Part shown: positions 58,231-64,000 of the stretch, piece after piece
Layout of the letters: every line of letters begins with the position of its first letter
Numbering within the stretch: the first letter of the stretch is position 1
Origin: Eledone cirrhosa
Lineage: Eukaryota
Length of the DNA stretch: 64,000 nucleotides
Assembly (NCBI GenBank): GCA_964016885.1
Contig: OZ024740.1
Span: forward strand, 339,264,001-339,328,000
Direction: 5' to 3'
Translations under genes and position numbers: made by a program
Notes under the pieces: model-generated
The model's database searches: none
Seen by the model: only the letters and a program-made list of their open reading frames with translations
What the model was told of the DNA's origin: nothing

Positions 58231-60394
58231 TTACTACTATGTCAAGTGTTAAACTAATATCTTCATTGTACTGTATCATTCCATGTTGCTTTTCTGTTTA
58301 CTTTTTACCTACCCCCTCCACACATACACACATATATTTATAAAGCATACATCTCTTTCTGCAAGTCAGATGCTTTTATGGTACTCCTTATGCAGGTGGC
58401 TGAAAGCAACTGCTCACTCACTTTCTGACCTAGTTCATAGGTAATGACTTGGCAAAATATTATATAAAACCTGTAAAAGAAGGAATAACAATAATGATTC
58501 TTTTGTTTATTTATACATGGTTTTCATGATTATCCATAGCAGATCATTTGATCTTACCTGACATAAAAACTTGGCATATAAACCTACCCAAACACACAAA
58601 CTTCACTGCATTATTTTTGCTGATACGAAACCACTCCAACCTAATTTCTCCAGACTCTTTCTTTACTTGTAATTCTATAAATGTTATAAAGTAGCCACTG
58701 TCCAATAGCCAATAATAACCTTGTTGATCATACAAGAACTGCATCAGCATGATTGTGTGTTACTAATAGTAAAAGCCACTGTGAATGTTATAGAAAAGTA
58801 ATTCAGATGTCATTGTAAAAATGACAAGGCGTAGTGAAAGAGCTATAGTGACAATAGTTGAAAGATTTACATTAACATCCTTTCACACAAAATGAAATAC
58901 AGAACATACCAATTAATAAGCAGTGCATAAAATTGTTTCAAACAATCATATAATCTAGTGAACAATAAAATAATGTTGATTCATTTGATTTTTTTTTTAA
59001 ATCTCTTTCTTTATTCATTCTTGAAATGAGTGTTTCAATGTTGTTGACATTTACATGTATTCAAACCTCCTTCATTTTTAATGAGGAAAAATAACATGTT
59101 TTAGATGAAGCACATATAAACTTTTAGTTTGAATGAATTACAGTAAATTATTGTAGTGTGAAGTACAAAGTTGCAACTGTGTTAATTTGTAATGACATAT
59201 GTATGAGCATAGTATAAAGTTTCATTCTTTAATGAATCCTCATAAATTTAGCTGTTTATAATGTGCATTTTGATTAAACTACACAATGGATTACAAAATT
59301 TAACAAGTGATCTGTCACTCTTCAGTGTTCTAATTAAGGATGTATGGGGTGTTTATGTCTTGAGAATAGTATTTTTAGTGAAATTTAAGAGTAAAATGTG
59401 TATATTTGTTGTTTTTTCTCTTATGTTTGTATTTAACATTTCAAAGTTGAGTTCGCCTTTAAATAAAATTGTGTTGTTTAAAGTAGACTTGAGCCCTTTT
59501 CTGATTATATTTCTAACAAGGATATTCTGTCATTGTATTTTAATTATCAAAGTAATCAATAATTTCAAGAGGCGTTAGTGCAATAACTAACTTTTAGTTA
59601 TTTGTATCCATATGTGTTTACATTCCTGTCTGTATCTCTGTCATGTGGCTTAGCTAGTCAACAAAAAAGAAATCGATAAAATTAGTACCAGGTTTGAGAA
59701 AAAAATAAGTACTGGAGTTGATTCTACCCCCCTCCCCCCTCTCTGACTGTCTGTCTCTCCATCAGTCTCTCTCTCTCTCTCTGTGGAAGAAATAGGTTAT
59801 AATTACACCTGGAGTGGGATGGGCTCTGCTAGGTAAAAATGCTCAACACATTCTATATATCACAAGGCATTCTCAATCAGAGGAAAGGAGGAATTTACCT
59901 CCATTTGAAAATAAAAGCTATTACATAACTTGATGTTTTATGGGTGGTATAAGTCAAACATATATATATATATATTAGTGGTCTGCCTCCCATGGTCTCA
60001 GCACAGTACTCTTTCTCCCCTCTGTCCCCTCCCCCCCGTCCCCCTCTATACATACATACATACATGAGACAGACAGTCAGACAACAACAGTGGCAAAGAA
60101 AAATATTTTAGAACATTTTAGATATCACTTGCAATTTTAGAATGATTTAGTCAGATTATAATGTGTGTGTGTGACAGGTGGACAGAAAATTCAGGACAAT
60201 TATTATAATATAGATTGAAAAATTAATCACGAGCCTTTGTATAAAGTCTACTTTTATTGACCTAAAGCTGTAATAACCACAAATTTAAAAATTAAGTTTC
60301 AACGTGTTTTTATATCGTTGTCACCATTGTAATCATGATGATCACTACTATCATTACCATTTTCCAGTGCCACCATTACCACTATCACCATCAC

Positions 60395-60767
60395 CATCAT
60401 CATCATCACTGTTTTACATCTGTTCTTCCACACTAGCATGGGTTAGATGGGTTGTGGGCAGTGTTCGGTCGGCTGACCTTCTCTTGCTCATATGGGAACT
60501 GATTCTGGCTTGATTTCTACAGTTGGATGCCCTTCCTAACGCCAACCTCATTTACAGTGAGTGCTGGGTACACCTCCACGACCACTTTGCAGTGGAATGA
60601 TAGGGACCCCAGTCCTATCATCTCATTTCTACAGCTGAGTAAACTGGAGCAATGTGAAATAAAGTGTCTTGCTCAAAGAAACAACACATCACCCGGTCCG
60701 AGAATTGAACTAATAACCTTTCGATTGCAAGCCCAATGCTCTAACCACTAAGCCATGCGCCTTCACC
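60395..60767 (-). mobile_element. tRNA-derived SINE (copy 4) with an RTE family A terminal segment
   Basis: The head and hairpin match copy 1. The terminal part CTAGCATGGGTTAGATG...GTGGGCAGTG..GGTCGGCTGACC matches 2539-2593 rather than the other SINE copies. Confidence 0.85.
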
Positions 60768-60865
60768 ATATATATATATTTTTTTAATATATACATATAT
60801 TTTTTTATATATATATATATATATATATATTTTTTTTATATATATATATATATGTTTATATATAT

Positions 60866-60912
<47 letters not shown>

Positions 60913-60917
60913 TATAT

Positions 60918-60956
<39 letters not shown>

Positions 60957-61103
60957 TATATACATGTATATATATATATATATATACACGTATATATATA
61001 TACACGTATATATATATATACACGTATATATATATATATATACACGTATATATATATATACACGTATATATATATATATACACGTATATATATATATATA
61101 CAC

Positions 61104-61146
<43 letters not shown>

Positions 61147-61289
61147 TATATATATACACGTATATATATATATATATATACACGTATATATATATATACA
61201 CGTATATATATATACACGTATATATACACGTATATATATATACATACACGTATATATATATATACACGTATATATATATATATATACAC

Positions 61290-61385
<96 letters not shown>

Positions 61386-61857
61386 GTATATATATATATA
61401 TATACGTATATATATATATATATACGTATATATATATATATATACGTATATATATATATATATATACGTATATATATATATATATATATACGTATATATA
61501 TATATATATAGCGGCGATGAATTAGTTTTGCGAGGTTTTTTATATGAAATCGTGTGTCGAAACAGATATTGTTATATTTGGGGAGGGTCATATTTGCGTA
61601 ATATTGCCAGAATTAATAACAGAACACACTCACTGTTTGGTTGGTTTTCGCTTCTCGCTGTCTTTTATATATATATATCTGCGATCTAACTTACTCGGTC
61701 CTCAATGTTGCCATTGACTGACCGGCGGTCAAAAATAATACAGATACAATATAGACAAACACATATATATATAGTTTACATAAATCTTTCGTTGCACATC
61801 TGCAGCATCGTCAGTGGTGTTATATTCATTGTTCCTCCTGTTGTGTTGTATGTCTAC

Positions 61858-61890
<33 letters not shown>

Positions 61891-62107
61891 GTTCAGTCTG
61901 TCTATATATTTATTTATTTATTTGCTTGTTTGTTTATCTTATTTTATTTTGTCTTCTTTGCGCATGCGTTTGCGTGTGTGTATAGTGTTATGTGTGATGT
62001 GTGACTAGTGTGTATAGTGTTGTGTCTGCTAGGTGACTAGTGTGTGTTTATGTGCTTGTGTATGTATTTATTTATCTTATTTTATTTTATTTAATTTACT
62101 TATTTAT

Positions 62108-62462
62108 TTATACTTCTCTTAGGTCAGTGTTGTTTGTTTGGGTGTTGTTGTTGTTCCACTCATTCTTTCTGTTTAGCTTTGGTCTTCTAATTTCTATTTC
62201 ACTGGCCTCTCTGATTTGCCTATCTGCTGGGTCATTCCTATGTTTAGATATTATTCTAATTTCTATGTTGTCTATGTTACCGTCATGATGTTGTCTAGCA
62301 TGTTCGTATAGTACTGACCCGTTTTTTCGTCCTTTTAGTTCCCCCCAGTGTTGGTCTATCCTTTCACCTATGCTACGAGCTGTCTCACCTATGTATGTTG
62401 TTGTCGTGTTTCTGCAAGTACCCTCTGTACATCTTATGCTATAGACTACGTTTCTAGTTTTA
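62108..62462 (-). pseudogene. GIY-YIG endonuclease domain (C-terminus of the PLE ORF)
   Basis: NVVYSIRC...C...YIGETARSIGERIDQH...LYEH...H...REASEI...PKLN. The N-terminal residues in the ORF track come from the inverted pseudo-LTR. Confidence 0.92.
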
Positions 62463-62589
62463 CATGCGCAAAGAAGACAAAATAAAATAAGATAAACAAA
62501 CAAGCAAATAAATAAATAAATATATAGACAGACTGAACAAAAAAAATGGCGTAGACATACAACACAACAGGAGGAACAATGAATATAAC

Positions 62590-62631
62590 ACCACTGACGA
62601 TGTTGCAGATGTGCAACGAAAGATTTATGTA
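62590..62631 (+). ncRNA. Hammerhead ribozyme motif (mirror copy at 61778-61818, minus strand)
   Basis: CTGACGA-T-GTTGCA-GATG-TGCAAC-GAAA-GATT-TA. Stem II is a perfect 6 bp and stem I is weak. Confidence 0.75.
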
Positions 62632-62834
62632 AACTATATATATATGTGTTTGTCTATATTGTATCTGTATTATTTTTGACCGCCGGTCAGTCAATGGCAA
62701 CATTGAGGACCGAGTAAGTTAGATCGCAGATATATATATATAAAAGACAGCGAGAAGCGAAAACCAACCAAACAGTGAGTGTGTTCTGTTATTAATTCTG
62801 GCAATATTACGCAAATATGACCCTCCCCAAATAT

Positions 62835-62953
<119 letters not shown>

Positions 62954-63494
62954 CATAAAACATGTCTATAGAATCACCAGATAAAATATATACCATTTCC
63001 TCTCCCAATTAGCATAATTAACTATATAAAAAATCGAATAGACCAGGCTATAAGAATAAGGCTTCTATGAAGAAATCTCCAACAAATAACCGAAACAAGC
63101 CCTTCGCGTCGGCTACGACGGAATATTTATCGAATATTTCGACAGCATAATCGCCCAGATAGTCAATTAAACAGAATTAGGTGTAAAATAAACTATGAGA
63201 AAAGAAAATACATTTATTTACCTCTACCATGGTTTCGTCCGCATTTTGAGATTTCCAATATCTTCGGAAATTCGAGCATCGGACTCTTCAGGAGTTTGCT
63301 CTAATCTAGACAATAAATTTTCCAAAGTGATCGCGCCAAGAATACATTCAAAAATGGCTAAGAATCGTGACGTAGCAGCGGTCAGGTTGGAAGGAGTGTG
63401 GTAGTTACTTATGGCTGCTGGCTTTTTGCTAGAAAGCACAGCACAATACAGCCAAATTTGTATCTCAACCTAATGGGAGATTATTACATATAAA

Positions 63495-63549
<55 letters not shown>

Positions 63550-63839
63550 GTGTTTTGCAACGGGTCACTTTGTGGCTCAATGAAAAGTTAATAAATTACA
63601 TAATCAGAGCTATATATCATAAAACATGTCTATAGAATCACCAGATAACATATATACCATTTCCTCTCCCAATTAGCATAATTAACTATATAAAAAATCG
63701 AATAGACCAGGCTATAAGAATAAGGCTTCTATGAAGAAATCTCCAACAAATAACCGAAACAAGCCCTTCGCGTCGGCTACGACGGAATATTTATCGAATA
63801 TTTCGACAGCATAATCGCCCAGATAGTCAATTTAACAGA
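62954..63839 (+). repeat. Direct duplication of about 220 bp (62954-63175 and 63618-63839) in a probable PLE fragment
   Basis: Near-identical CATAAAACATGTCTATAGAATCACCAG...CCCAGATAGTCAATT blocks separated by unique sequence and (TA)n. Confidence 0.85.
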
Positions 63840-64000
63840 TATATATATATATTGGAAAATGTGTGTAATCCTTGGTACAGTTAGGTATATTAAGACAGGG
63901 GGGAAGAAAAAATGGCTTCACTTGTGCTTTCAACAAATTTATCTTCTTCACAAAATCCCCAAAAATTTTTTTTCTTAAAAAAAATTAAAAAATTTTTTTT

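Overview
This is AT-rich eukaryotic DNA, intronic or intergenic, with no host protein-coding gene that I can support. The repeat content resembles a cephalopod (octopus-like) genome, but that is an inference. The window is a mosaic of long (TA)n/(TATG)n microsatellites and transposable elements. Almost all YIYI/HTHT ORFs in the ORF track are microsatellite artefacts. Recognisable elements are: (1) a 5'-truncated, once-frameshifted RTE-clade LINE with a PHD-type finger inside its RT, plus many fragments of at least three RTE families; (2) a tRNA-derived SINE that shares its 3' end with that LINE; (3) CR1/L2-type and R4/Dong-type LINE remnants; (4) a near full-length decayed Naiad-type Penelope-like element (PLE) with direct pseudo-LTRs; (5) a truncated PLE with an inverted pseudo-LTR; (6) piggyBac-, hAT- and pogo-like MITEs; (7) two minisatellites born inside old RTE copies. 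The most striking signal is a dense set of about 15-18 type-I hammerhead ribozyme motifs (CTGANGA...GAAA), intact or decayed, from roughly ten unrelated sequence families. Many have palindromic stem III loops and a downstream AATAAA. Several sit in short fold-back palindromes whose turning point lies at or just upstream of the ribozyme core, and most lie between (TA)n tracts. All structures were read by eye and none was computed.
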